This document shows, one piece after another, positions 1 through 13,669 of a DNA stretch of 58,422 bases. Below the pieces are notes generated by a model, which saw only the letters and a program-made list of their open reading frames with translations, had not been told where the DNA came from and made no database searches. Made by a program: the position numbers and the translations under genes. The DNA is from Octopus bimaculoides. Lineage: Eukaryota. The stretch spans positions 25,909,044 to 25,967,465 of the forward strand of contig NC_068988.1 of assembly GCF_001194135.2 (NCBI RefSeq), written 5' to 3'. Each line of letters begins with the position of its first letter. Position 1 is the first letter of the stretch.

Positions 1-1345
1 ATATATATAAGTGCGCGTGCACCCTTGTGTATTGCTTATTATTTATTATTTGATGTCTTGCAATATTGGTGTTGACACCTATCATTTTATGAAGTCAAAA
101 ACTTCATCAGTAATAAGATTGGGTTTTGTGCTCGGTGGCAATTTATCAGATGTTTATTATTAAAAACCATTGTCAGATGTAAACGAAAGCTACGCTACAA
201 ATATAAACATTCAAAAATTCAATCGTTTGTCTGAGTCAAAACCCCCAAAGGAAATGAACAATAATTATGTAGGAAACCATGCATAATTAATAACACTTTG
301 CCCAGTAAACAAAAGTATATAACACCCGCAAGAATTATTGCATTTAAAGTACATTTATATTTGTAATGTTACACATTTCATATGTTCTCAAATATAATAT
401 ATGTAAATACTATATATAGGTTTAGATATATTATTTATAATAACATAAAGGAAGAAAGAATTAATCTCTTATATCAGTAACAACTGCCAACTAGCCTATG
501 ATGATCTACTATCACCTTTAGGCGAAATATGAAATATATACAAGAAAGCAATTCTTCTTTGTGTAATATATTACACATGACCAAAAGTTACTTCTCTAAT
601 ATAGTATAATTACAGTTGGCTTCTTATCTGATGAAGACATTGTTCCAACATGAACTTAGCAGTAATGGCGAAAACAAAGAACCGAATGGCTATACATATA
701 TATATACAGTTACATCGATTTTTTTTTCCAAAGGAGAAAAAAAGAAAACTATAGAGTTTACGATGTTACTATTTTTGCGGATCATCACTTCTAATTACCA
801 AATACACTTATGCTACTCAACGGGATAATTAACTATAACTTTAGTAGTAGTAGACGCACACTTGTGTTTTATAACCTCAATTCTATTTTAACGATCTTTA
901 AAAAAGAATTCGATTGTTTTTATACATTTTGTTATCTTTCTACCTGTACATTAAAATAGTTTCTAGACACAATTTATTAGCTTTGGATTAAATCGCATTA
1001 CATATCAAGTTTTCAAGTATTTCAATGCCAATATATAATGTTCTAAAATACTTTCCAAGCAAACGTTTTGTTTTCCACTTAAATATATAGACAGATAATA
1101 ATATATTTCGGAGAAACTACGAACATTGTTTACTTGGTTGACTATTTAAAATGAGTTTAATCAGCTCTACATAATCTGCTACGGAATGCATCGATAGCAA
1201 CTTGTTTGAAATAATCTGTGACTTTTTTTGTGTGAGTGAATGTGTTCATATAATGCTAATGTATGATGTAGTTGTATAAGTATTTATTGGAATGAATGTA
1301 TGCGCATATCTATCTATCTATCTATCTATCTATCATACAATATAT

Positions 1346-1482
1346 TCTTACTCATTCACTCTTTTACTTGTTTCAGTCATTTGACTGCGGCCATGCTGGA
1401 GCAACGCCTTTATAGTCGAGCAAAACGACCCCAGGGCTTATTCTTTGTAAGCCTAGTACTTATTCTATCGGTCTCTTTTGCC
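1346..1482 (-). mobile_element. SINE family A, 3' half
   Basis: TCTTTTACTTGTTTCAGTCATTTGACTGCGGCCATGCTGGAGC...AGCCTAGTACTTATTCTATCGGTCTCTTTTGCC, homologous to copies at 7190-7308, 14862-15050 and 31875-32062. Confidence 0.85.
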
Positions 1483-1690
1483 ATATATATACATGTGCCT
1501 TCTTCGATTCATCATTAAAATAATTAAAATGATCTAATAGGCTTGTCTTGCGTTGATTTTGTTTTTGTCTTCCTTTAATCTATACCCTTTATATGTGTGC
1601 ATGTGTTTGTCTGTNNNNNNNNNNNNNNNNNNNNNNNNNNNNNNNNNNNNNNNNNNNNNNNNNNNNNNNNNNNNNNNNNNNNNNNNNNNN

Positions 1691-1734
<44 letters not shown>

Positions 1735-3169
1735 TCTGTGTGTGGGTGGATGCATATATGAACACGCATGTACGCGATATAAGCTTATCAATAGGAGTCT
1801 TTAATTGTATGCAAATTTTGAGGCCAGTGTTTTGTTTTAAATTATTAATGATGCTCGCATTACTAATCTAAGGGTATTTTGTTTTTCTGAGATTTCTATA
1901 AAGCTCGAAAATTATTTGCTGATAAATGAGAGGAAATTTTTGGTAACATTTATATTTACGTTAGCATCGTATGGAAGTTGGGAGTTGCAATATAACATAG
2001 TTCTCATTGTTGACGGAATTGACAGTGTTAGTTTGCGGTGTGTAATTGATATTACTTTGGAAGTGGTTACGGTGCAGTGTCTCGTTGTAGTAAACAGCCG
2101 CTGTACTGAATGTGGCTTGGTGCGTATGCACATACACTAGTTGGTTTACATGAATAACATAGGGATGAGCTTCTACTGCTTGGACAACTATTTTAAAGAA
2201 ATACCAACATACAGAAAACGTAGAAATACTTACGGGAACAGAGGAGACCGCATTACGTAAAGTTAAACACATCCAAATTCACATTTTACATCCTATACAA
2301 CAAAAGCCATTCTTATGCATAGGACTCACTGAAAGCATACTCTAAAGCCTCCTGTATTTACATAATCACTGATTATTCAATTTCAGTCTGGAAAAGACAG
2401 CAGTACCCAAAGGCATTTGAAAATCAATGGTTTATTAAAGAGCACTGCCAATCATAGAAACTAATATAAACATAGAAAATGGATACGAAGCTTATGATTT
2501 CTGTTTCACGTCATTCACTGTCACGTCCCGATCTGAACTCAACTGAACTCAACTCAACATTCCATATATTTACCAGCAAAACCAGTCACAAGAACAACTC
2601 AATATGAAAACGCCCGCTTGCTTCACGAAGAATTATGTAATTAACTTTCAGCCAGAACCACATGCACATAACTATAAAATATGTACGAGTGTCTTCGGCT
2701 ATATGAACAATCTTTAGACTAACGGCCTGTCGCTTTACGGTGCCAAAGAAATGACCATTGAAAATACTGCCTATCCATTTAACTAATCGCTATTCTATGG
2801 ATTCTTTAGATATAAGGAAAATAATTATATTTAGTGACTTAGAACTTTAAAAGATTCTGTACATTTCTGACTCAGTTGTGTTCGAGAACATTGTGATTTT
2901 ACTTGACAAATTCAAGTAAATAAAATATGGTTTATGAGTGTCTGCAGACACGTGTGTTTCTGTGTTTGTGGGTGCGTGCGTGTGTGCGTATGTGTGTGTG
3001 TGTACCACGTGTGCGCATGCGTGCGAAGCAGTGTGTGAATGGCTGTCGTATTTCCACAATATAGTGTGGAAGAAAGGTACTCTTCCTATGGCATGCAGAT
3101 GCTGCTATTTATGAATAAATGCAAGTGGACTGTTGCTCGAAAATGTAAATAAAGCTACGAGAGAGAATT

Positions 3170-3345
3170 ATGGTGGAATGATCATTAGGGGAATAAAATC
3201 AAGGCAGTACGGTTGGTGTGAAACCTGTGAATAGGGCACGAACCGAACGCGGAAAAAGAAGGAAATGAATGAATCCATAAGCCTGGGAGAAGTTGGCCTG
3301 ATAGCATCAAGTTGCAAGTAGCGCAGTCTAATCTTGTAGAAGGGG
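3170..3345 (+). mobile_element. Possible degenerate RTE-like LINE 3' coding fragment
   Basis: Interrupted translation ...AVRLV*NL*IGH...KEGNE*IHKPGRSWPDSIK loosely resembles the RTE C-terminal RLRW.GH and EG.R.RG.P...W.D.IK motifs. Confidence 0.25.
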
Positions 3346-3349
3346 GAAA

Positions 3350-3798
3350 TATCACACATGGAAAGTTATGTGTGTTTCAATAAGACTCTGCACTATCACA
3401 CATGGCTCTAGGAATGGCTGGCTGAAAATTTTCACGACCATATAACTCCTAAAATTTGGCCTCCTAATTCCCCAGATCTCAATCCACTGGACTATTATAT
3501 GTGGAGCATTGTTGAGAGAAAGGTTAGTGAACACGCCCCTAACACCGAAGAAATAGTCAGAATAATGTCCAAAATGAACCAGGGTCACTTGATTCGAGCA
3601 TGTAGATTATTTAGCTCTCATATAGAAGCAGTTATTGAAGCTGAAGGTAGCTTCATTGAATAAGTTGAATAACATTATAGAAAAGAAGGTTTATTTTTAT
3701 CCTAATGGCAGTTTTTGATGAATAAAGTTATCTGTTGTTATATATCAGTTTTTTGTTTTATAAATGTAAATTTGTCCTCAAATATCTTACGCACGCTG
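3350..3798 (+). mobile_element. Tc1/mariner (maT/DD37D-like) transposon, 3' fragment with TIR
   Basis: VFQ*DSALSH...EWLAENFHDHITPKIWPPNSPDLNPLDYYMWSIVERKV...LIRAC...IEAVIEAEGSFIE*; terminal TTGTCCTCAAATATCTTACGCACGCTG is the reverse complement of the TIR of the copy at 38892. Confidence 0.9.
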
Positions 3799-4182
3799 GT
3801 TATATTATATGCACACAAAGGCCTTCACTTGTCATTTCGTTAAAGGTAAATACGTCATTAGAATTGCCAGGCATCTTACGTGTTAATTTAGCAAATAGGT
3901 AGGTCAGGTGAAGTTACAAAAGAAATCTTGTGGTTAAACTGAAGAAGGATGGAACTACTTTGCTACGTAGTATATATATATGTATATATACTTTCATTTC
4001 TACATATTATTAGAACTTCGATTTGAATAGTGTTGATATATTTTCGATTATTTTTAATTAATAATATTTGATTAATTGTTCATCTTTATAGTTTATAATA
4101 TCGTTAAAGTTTTTTTAAAAATCAAAACTTTGTATATATATATAAAGTTTAATCTTTTATTCTTAATAATTTTTTGTTTCTT

Positions 4183-4228
4183 AATTTTTTCATTCATAAT
4201 TTTTTCATTCATAATTTTTTCATTCATA
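4183..4228. repeat. 15-bp tandem repeat AATTTTTTCATTCAT x3, running into a gap
   Basis: Three exact units at 4183, 4198 and 4213. Confidence 0.9.
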
Positions 4229-5024
4229 NNNNNNNNNNNNNNNNNNNNNNNNNNNNNNNNNNNNNNNNNNNNNNNNNNNNNNNNNNNNNNNNNNNNNNNN
4301 NNNNNNNNNNNNNNNNNNNNNNNNNNNNNNNNNNNNNNNNNNNNNNNNNNNNNNNNNNNTTCTAATAAAAATTAATTAACGACTAAGATGTTTATCAAAA
4401 TTGTATCATAAGCACTAAGATGAGAAATAAAAGCGAATCAGCGTCAGTAAACGACTCGTACATTGTATCTAATACTTTATCAATTACTCGTACACATTAT
4501 CTATTAGCTACTACTTATCGTCTTGTTCGATCAGTTGAACAGTCTCATCGTTGAATTACAGCGCGTTGATGGAAATTACCAACCAAAATTTTGGCGTCGA
4601 GCAAATTTTATTTTCATGTCTGTATGACTAAAGCCTACTAGTAAATGCCACCTTACTACGGAACATCTGTAGTTTCTAGAGGTTTTTACAAATGCTTTGT
4701 TCATGTATATGATTTCGATGTGGACGATTTTAAGAATACTTCGAATAAAGCACAACGTTTTATTTTGTATTGGTTTCTCTCATTAGATGGACACAAATTC
4801 GATTGATGCATGCAAGAAATTTTGCAGTGAATATATAAATCCCAGTTGTTTTGATATAAGTTCATTCTCCTCCACTTTCGATAATCTAATGGTTAAGCTG
4901 CACTGGGTAATAAGAAGTAATTATGGGCTCGATGTGAACATAACACGTTCAAATACGACAAGGTCTTTTAGCTTAACACACTACTTAATATGGACAGCCT
5001 CCTATCAATATATGTTTATCAGTT

Positions 5025-5415
5025 TATCTATCTGTCTGTCTGTTTATCTATCTATCTATCTATCTATCTTTCTATCTATCTATCTATCAATCAAACAATT
5101 TGGGTAGCTACATAAACACACAACACGCAGGTAAACATAAGTATGTATGTATGTATGTATGTATGTATGTGTATGTGTGCATGTGTTTGTACATACACAC
5201 AAATACGAAAACATTCCGCACCCGTTTCCCTTTCTGTCTATCAATCACAAAACATTGGTAGCTAGTTTTCACCAACGTGCACTGCTTTTACACACTCACT
5301 CACACAAACACGCACACGTACACGTACACTCACACTCCCACATACACACACACACAGACAAACACACACACGCATATGCGTAGAGAGAGCGAAATGAGTG
5401 AAGTGATAAGAGAAG

Positions 5416-5456
<41 letters not shown>

Positions 5457-5461
5457 TGTGT
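5025..5461. repeat. Microsatellite cluster (CTAT)n, (GTAT)n, (CA)n, (TG)n
   Basis: Directly visible. Confidence 0.95.
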
Positions 5462-6874
5462 CGATTAGGTTAATATCATGAGTGAGTAATACTACTGACA
5501 TCAACGTAAATTTAACGGAGTTCAGTTATATAATATTTCAGAGAACACTCTAGAGTCGAGCAGTTCTCAATAAATAAATACATTTGAACTTATTTCGTGC
5601 TAATAACACCAGCTAATAACAACGTTTAGGTAATATATATTGAATATAACGCTACGTCCAAAAGGAAGTAAATTACACGATAATCAAATATTTTATGATA
5701 TCATACAGAAACAGTTTCGGTAAATAAAGCATTGGCAAATGTAAGTTTGGTAATATACTATAAAATCAATGAAGCCATTTAATGATATTATACACGATAT
5801 TTACTTTTGACGATCCTCCAGTCATATCATGTATAAACTTGAATTTAAAGTACGCTTTTCATATTATTGTGTAAACTCAATAGCTATCATTGATTTGCGC
5901 AACAGATCATATTAGATAAATGCACACACACACACAGGCGCTCTGAAATATGCGAATATGCACACACAAACACACACATACACACACACACACATATATA
6001 CTCATACATGATATCATTTGCGTAATGATCACCTGTCTTACTTGACACAGCACAGCATAATGTCTGCTTATACTGCGCCAAAGGTGACTGCGATAGGACT
6101 TACTCATTTTAGACCTGGTTATTCATTACTGCCGTTTAGTACCAAAGTGTTTGACAGCAATCTTTTTTTGGCGACAGGCGATTTGACGCTAGATGCAATT
6201 ACACACAGAGTCAGAAAACGATAGAGACATTGAAATGTTACTCCTAATGTATAATTCATACGCAAAAGTGCAGAATGAACGAGAGCGTGCGGACGGAGAC
6301 AATAACGAGGAGATAAATGTGAAAGAAGATAAACAGTTAAATGTATTCAAGATGAACCTATTTTAATCTTACACTGAAGAGAAAGCAAATTTTACTTTAT
6401 TAACAAGTTTCCCTTATTAATCATAATGTAAACTTCATATATTAACTACTTCATTAACATTTTGTGTTCAATTTAATTTTTCTCTTCACTATTTTCTATG
6501 TGGGTGCTTTTACCATTTGTTAGATAAGCAAAGGCGTTTGTCATTCAGATTAAATTTGAAAAATACATTTGAAAGACTTTTTCTCTCTCATATTCTCTCA
6601 TGAATATGTGATATTCATGATGAATAACATCTTAATAATTCTCCATCATTCATTAAGCATGTTTATATCTACTACCAAATCATCAGTCTCAAAAACCTTG
6701 CAGGCAGAAATATTTGGGACGAAACCGCTGTCCGAAATGGACCTGCCAGATGGCCAACGCAAAAATGACTAGGCCCTATCATAGCCATTTTGACTCTGTA
6801 TATTCCGAAACTGTGGTATGTTAATCAGAAAGGTCATTATGCAAGTAGTATTTCATATATATAAATATTGCACT

Positions 6875-7308
6875 GGTGCAGTAGTGGCTGTGTGGTAAGA
6901 AGCCATTGTGACAGAAATGGTAGCGCATTAATCTCTTACTACAAATAGTTCCGTCACTTAATGTTTCGAGTTTAAATGTCTCCATTGTAATGTTGAGTAT
7001 AAAGTTCTACCGGTAATTTCTTACCCATGTGGAAAATTTCATGAAATAAAGAAGCTTGCTTCCAAACCACATGGATCCAGATTCAGTCCCACTGCAGGGC
7101 ACCTTGGACAAGTGTCTTCTAATATAGTCTCGCGCCGACAACAGCTTTGCCAGTGGATTTGGCAGACGGAAACTGAAAGAAGCCTGTCGTATAGAATAAG
7201 TACTAAGCTTACAAAGAATAACTCCTGGGATCGATTTGTTCGACTAAAGGTAGTGCTCCAGCATGGCCACAGTGACATGACTGAAACAAGTGCAAGAATA
7301 AAAGAATA
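6875..7308 (+). mobile_element. SINE family A (tRNA-derived, CORE-like), with internal deletion and a nested insertion
   Basis: Head GGTGCAGTAGTGGCTGTGTGGTAAGAAGC...CAGTCCCACTGCAGGGCACCTTGGACAAGTGTCTTC (CORE-like block) joined directly to the 3' half ending GACTGAAACAAGT...AAAGAATA; interrupted at 6904-7048. Confidence 0.85.
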
Positions 7309-10300
7309 CACACACAAACACAAACGCATACACATATACATATGCATATATATGTATGTGTGTGTGTAGTGTAGATATATCTACACACACATATATATAT
7401 ATATATANNNNNNNNNNNNNNNNNNNNNNNNNNNNNNNNNNNNNNNNNNNNNNNNNNNNNNNNNNNNNNNNNNNNNNNNNNNNNNNNNNNNNNNNNNNNN
7501 NNNNNNNNNNNNNNNNNNNNNNNNNNNNNNNNNNNNNNNNNNNNNNNNNNNNNNNNNNNNNNNNNNNNNNNNNNNNNNNNNNNNNNNNNNNNNNNNNNNN
7601 NNNNNNNNNNNNNNNNNNNNNNNNNNNNNNNNNNNNNNNNNNNNNNNNNNNNNNNNNNNNNNNNNNNNNNNNNNNNNNNNNNNNNNNNNNNNNNNNNNNN
7701 NNNNNTTAATAAATTATAGGGTAGTCCGACCTTGTAAGATATATAAATTTTATCTTACTAAAATTGACTTGAAACCATGGTACAGAATATAGATTGGTAA
7801 AAGTTTTTATTTTTCATTTCCTTTCGAAATTATCCCTAATTTTTGTGGTATATAGTCTTTTGCTGCTATTTCTAGCGAGTAGATGTCCTACTATAGGCAT
7901 CTCTGCATTTTAAATGAATAATATATATATATATATATATATATAACATGTAGATATACCTACAATACACACATACACACTTTTGTGTGTACCTTACACG
8001 ACTTATTTTATATTCCTGTTTATATTTGATATTTATAATGTCCGTTATGCTATCTAAGGTACCTATTTAGTGTTAATAATAATACGAGAAGTGTGCTTTA
8101 TTCCCTCCCAGATATTTCAAATTCACGCATTATGTGCACGATGACTGCCACAAAGAAAATTTCATTTAAAATATCATTTGTTGACTTTAATGATCTTATA
8201 GACTATTACATATAAACATTTGCCTCTACTGTATTTACCAAAAACATCTTCCAATTTATCAAAGATTTTTTTATTATCATGTAATGTACTTGATTTTGAC
8301 TGTAATGATGTATTAAATATTAATTACCTGAAGAGTATAAGTAGATAGTGCTATTAGCACGAACTAAATTTATATCTGTTTATGTACTGAGAACTGCTTG
8401 ACTCTAGAGTGTTCTGTGTAATATTATATGCGTTGGACTCAGTATTATCAATCGCCCACGAAGTTTATATAACTGACATACACATACACTAATACTGAAT
8501 ATATATATGTGCGTATAGGTCTGTGTGCATAAGTATAGTGATGGTGCAGGTGGGGGGGGGGTGAAATTAAGAGGATCATCGAAAATATATACACTTTCGT
8601 ATTTCAATGAATCCTTTTATTCATAGCGTGCCCATTTAGAATGACGTTACAGTTCTTAGTACCCAGTGCAACTTTAATTTTAAACGACTGTAACAGCAAA
8701 TATATATATATATAAATAAAATAAAATAAAATGAAACGAGAGAAAAATCTATGAAAGAACTGTGTTCGATATGATTTCCTAAAGTCTATTGAATTCAGAA
8801 ATCAATTTTGGGTGCATCTTATAAATGAAGTCAATAAAAGAATAAAATTGAAATGGACATGTCTCGCATGGCGACGTGGTTAAATATTTCGCAACGTAAT
8901 TATGTGGCTGCGACATCGGTGTCAATCTTTCTTTGGTACGATGAGGAGGAGTCTTCTAGATTATATTTGAATTCATCTATTCCATAGGATGGAATTTAAA
9001 AGGCGACTGGATGTACAAATATATGCATGTGTACGTGTGCATTGAGTTTACGTATGCGGCTTTGTGTTCATGTTTGCTTTTATGTTTACACTGGTCAAGG
9101 GTTGGCGTTGTTTCGTGTTTGATCTTTCTGACAGGTAACATAGCTGTTTGATAAATAGTTGTCCATAAAATTATTAGCAACACCTCAATAATGCAGTTGA
9201 TCCAAATGATTGAATAAAAAACTGAAACCCAGCATGTATGTATGCGAATAACTGGTGAAAGACAAACATATTACACATAAGCAATCACATACACACACAG
9301 ACACAAACATACATACGTGTACGTATGTGGGGGTGAGTGTATATATGTAGATGTATGTACTTCTTAAATGACACTTCCATCACATATTTATATAATTATT
9401 TGATGATACCAAAAAAACGAGTAACTGTGCGTAAATATTTCTTTAATTTGTCAGGAATAATCAACAGCAAGCAGTAATGTCACAGTAGAATGCACATGAT
9501 GAGGAACAAAACATGAACACTTCCGAATTTGAAAGTTTACTTATTTAATCCAGCATGAAAAAGAGTTTGGATAATTGGCAACTAATATCAAACAAAAGCT
9601 ATTTACAATATTAAAAATTTGGAAAGGAAAGAGAAAAATTAATAAAACGCATACTTTCCTTGACAGTGAAATATATTTCGATTGAAAAGTATTCATAAAT
9701 ATTCACTGACAAATTAGATTATTTGGAAATTGTCATCTTGACGTATTTATTGAAAACTTTAACTATATAGTCAATTGGAGTGTGAGGCGATTACGTTATT
9801 GATAATAGCTGAATATATATTATTAAAGTTTCTCATTTTTTTCCCCCGTGAATGCCTTTTTAATATTCTCAGAGCTAGATTATATATTATAGTTTAAAAT
9901 TAATAGAAAAGGAGAATATGAATGCATTGAAAAAGTATTATAACTCAAGAACTCTGAAAATAAATTTTTTGAATTGATTTGTTCTCTTTTCCTACAGACC
10001 TAGAAATGCATAATATAATATACGTACCCGAAAGAAATAATCTATATCAATGCAAGTCAAAGTTATACAGATGTTACATTGACGTAAACGAATTTTTTCC
10101 GAGACAACAGATTACATAAATCAAATAAGATTTGCATGGAAATTCGAAATGTGTTACAAGAACTTATTCAATGCGATATACCATATTCTAAGAAATAACA
10201 TATTGCTTCTTTATGATAATGAAAACCATGAAGTTTGCAGTTCAAAATTACAGTACATTTATTCAAAAAAGAAGAACAATTCCGAATCCAAACTATATAA

Positions 10301-10429
10301 ACGCATTACGAGGACACCCAGCTCAGTAGAAAGAACGGGTAAATTTGCCCACAACACCGTGTACATTTTTAAAAAAGAAATGGCACCTTCATTAAGGCAG
10401 CAACCTGAGACACAATACTCAATAAACTA

Positions 10430-10646
10430 ATGGTTTCAAATCTTTGCCACCAGGGCAGTAATTTTGTGGGAGCAGATGAATCGATTGCATCAACCCAATG
10501 TTCAACTGGTACTTATTTTATTGACTCCGAAAGTATGAAACGTATAGTCAATCTCGGCAGAATTTGGACCCCGAACGTAGTGGCAGGCGAAATACTGCTA
10601 AGCGCTTTCCCCGGCGGGGTAACGATTCTGCCAGCTCTCCGCCTTA
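10430..10646 (-). mobile_element. SINE family B
   Basis: Homologous to the 32747-32978 copy (CTGGTACTTATTTTATTGAC, CTGCCAGCTCTCCGCC). Confidence 0.8.
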
Positions 10647-11230
10647 TATCTCAATGAATAAATAGATGTTTACAGCTACAACAGCTGTAGCTATAATTAT
10701 TTCAGATAAAAACTGACATAAATAACAAGAACAGTCATTTTAGTATTGTTGAGAGTTCACTTTGTAGGTGTGAATTTGTAATTGATAATGTATTCTAAAA
10801 CTTTTTTATTGAAGTTAGTTCCACTTCTTCCAATGTTGAAAACATTTTACTGTTAACTTCGAACTGAAATTTAATAGTGCAATATTTTCTCTTCTTAAGG
10901 ATATTTATTTCGATAGTGTCACTCTTGTTGCAATAGCAAGGATATATATTTCATAGAAGCTGAAAAGCAAAGTAATCAATATATCAGACTGGCTTACTGC
11001 AAATACACTAGACTTAAACTCTTAAAATCGACTATTGCCTACTTACTATAACAATTCATTCTTCCAAGTATATCAATAGCTAACAACTCAATGAACATAT
11101 ACACACAGACATAGGTGTACACACACACAAACACATGTATAGTACAAAAGAATAGTTGGTAATAGTGAATCCCATATTTTCCTGGCTATGCGGAAGTAGT
11201 TGGATCTGTTAATATCATATAATACATAAA

Positions 11231-11427
11231 GGCAATGAGCTAGCAGAACCGTTACCACGCCGGATAAAATGCCTACACGTTCTGAGTTCAAATGGCACCG
11301 AGTTTGATTTTGCTTTTCATCCTTACGGGCTCGATAAAATAAGTACGGCCTAAACACTGTGGTCGATGTAATCAATTTGCCCCGCCCCTAAAACTGCTGG
11401 CCTTGGGCCAAAAATTTGAAATCAATA
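11231..11427 (+). mobile_element. SINE family B
   Basis: GGCAATGAGCTAGCAGAACCGTTACCACGCCGG, B box GAGTTCAAAT, TTTCATCCTTACGGGCTCGATAAAATAAGTAC. Confidence 0.8.
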
Positions 11428-12954
11428 TCACGTTGTATGTTATTACCTTGCACTAAACTTTGAAACCAATCTTAATATCTTCATATAATATAGCCATACG
11501 TCTGAGAGGCTCTATTTCTGCATAGCTTGGAAAAATTATTTCATAAAAATGACTAATCTTATGTATTTATTGTGTAATTGTACATAATTACGTTATAAAA
11601 TATAATTAAACCAACTTTAAATTGCACTGAATACTCGAGAGAATGAGTGCTACGACCTCATGCAAATATTTATAGACGTCTTATTGGGCCACTATTGACG
11701 TAATGTTATATTATATGCCTTATGAATTTGTCAATCCTATTTCATATCTGTAATTTTATAGCTATTTAATTACCAACATTCTTGATTACCAAATGTCACG
11801 TTGAGCATAGTTACGCCATACTATACAATTAGACACATTGAAATATTTTAACTCACTTGTGTGTTTCTTAAACAGTTTCGGAAACAAAGTTTTTACAATA
11901 TATAGCATGGGTTAGACACAAATTTCATTGTGCGGTAAATTAATTATTAAAAATACATTAAGATTCAATATTCTAAATAAATATTCCAAACAAGCCATGT
12001 TAAATTTTATGGTAATGGATGTTAGGAGCCTAAAATATAATAATAACATATTTTTTTCTTGAGAATTTGATTAAAACATCTAAAATTACAACTAAGCTGA
12101 TGTGATCAAATTTTAACTGGAAACTTAAAGTCAAATTTAGCTACCGCACATCATTTGCTCCACATTTTAATTTAATTTTCAAATATTTTTACTGATATTG
12201 TATTTATTTACTAACAGTAATAGCATTTTCGTCCATCTTTTATATTATTTTAAGTAACATTTTATTGCCTTTTATGTCATTTTTAATTGTTTTAACAAGT
12301 AATGAACATTTCCGTTTAATTTTTGCTATTTTCAAATCCTTGATTTTATATGTACAAGTGTTTAATTATCTTATGTTTATCTTTTTTATTTATGTATTTT
12401 CTTCTTATATCTTATGGATATATTTATATAAAATTTTATTATTTTGTAAATTTTCCCTTTTCTGTTGTTCATTTTTCGGTAGTTATTCGTTACGTTTTTT
12501 TTTTGTTTCTTTGGAAAATACTGTTTAGGAAAGTAAAAGTTTCGATGCCTCGGGCTCAATCATCTATATTCCTTGGAGGAAAAGAACATTGGGAATGGTA
12601 ATGTATGACACACTCAGAAGGAAGTGTAGACGATTCTGCAAGAATTGCTGAAAGCAAGATGGAGAAAATATATATGTTTTCAATTCCGTAGTCATGAAGT
12701 TGGAATCTTGTTTCGAGTTGGATTTGAACTCCGAACGCAAGGAGCCGAGTAAAAAATATGAAAATAACGAATTTTTATGATGTTCTAAATATTCTACCAA
12801 TGTCTTCTGTAAACCATTCTGGTGTAGACGATATATAATATCTCAATACAATGTTAGGATTGAGGTAAACACAAGCGAAACTAACCAAATGTCGTGTTAG
12901 TAGTTAATTATAAACTGTAGTTAGTTGACAATTCATATATTTCCGTAAACACAT

Positions 12955-13669
12955 TTCTTTATTAACCATAAAGGTCAAAAATAGAGCGGACGATACAAGG
13001 ACAAACAAGGGGTCGGGGGACAAACGGAACATATAATCGATGATGAGTATAAAATTGGGATGAAAAACAAAAATGAATGAAAAAATAATTATGAAGTGAG
13101 GCACGTGGCCGCCCCCACAAACCACATTCCAACACTGAATCCTTTGGTTGACTCTTTGATTTCTCGCTCAAAGAGGTTCATTTATTCTCAACTCTTGCTA
13201 CAGTCATCCAACTTCTCCAAAATATCCCATGCGACAGGCATCTCCACTCCATCCTTATTTAACTGTTCATATGGAAAAGGAAAACGTTCGTCAACCCAAG
13301 GCTGGAGATGGAAGTGCCTGTCATGATCTCTTTCAATCTCGTCTTCCACACTATCACCTTTGCGGTAGCTACTACACAGAGGAAACAAGCCTACTCTTCC
13401 CTATTAGGGAAGACGGCAGAACAATTTTAATTATACAATCAGTTGATAGTTGTAATCTTCTCAGATGTGACAGTAGTTGTTCTACATATACCCAAATTTC
13501 CTATATCTTCGGACATTGCACAATTGCGTGCAGGACAGTTTCATTGTCCTGACCACACCTAGGACAAGTTGGCGTGGTTGGAGAACCTTACCTAAAAAAA
13601 TNNNNNNNNNNTTGTCCTGACCACACCTTGGACAAGTTGGCGTGGTTGGAGAACCTTACCTAAAAAAAT
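12955..13669 (-). mobile_element. Tx1/L1-clade LINE 3' end (zf-RVT CCHC region and 3' UTR)
   Basis: Minus strand GSPTTPTCPRCGQDNETVLHAIVQCPKI*EIWVYVEQLL, then after a frameshift CFLCVVATAKVIVWKTRLK...; AATAAA on the minus strand near 12960. Confidence 0.8.

Noticed and set aside
6598-6620. Perfect 10-bp inverted repeat TCATGAATAT-GTG-ATATTCATGA
   Set aside because: AT-rich and short; a few are expected by chance in 58 kb.
13545-13669. 57-bp direct duplication either side of a 10-N gap
   Set aside because: Typical overlapping contig ends with one allelic SNP (CCTAG/CCTTG); an assembly artefact rather than biology.
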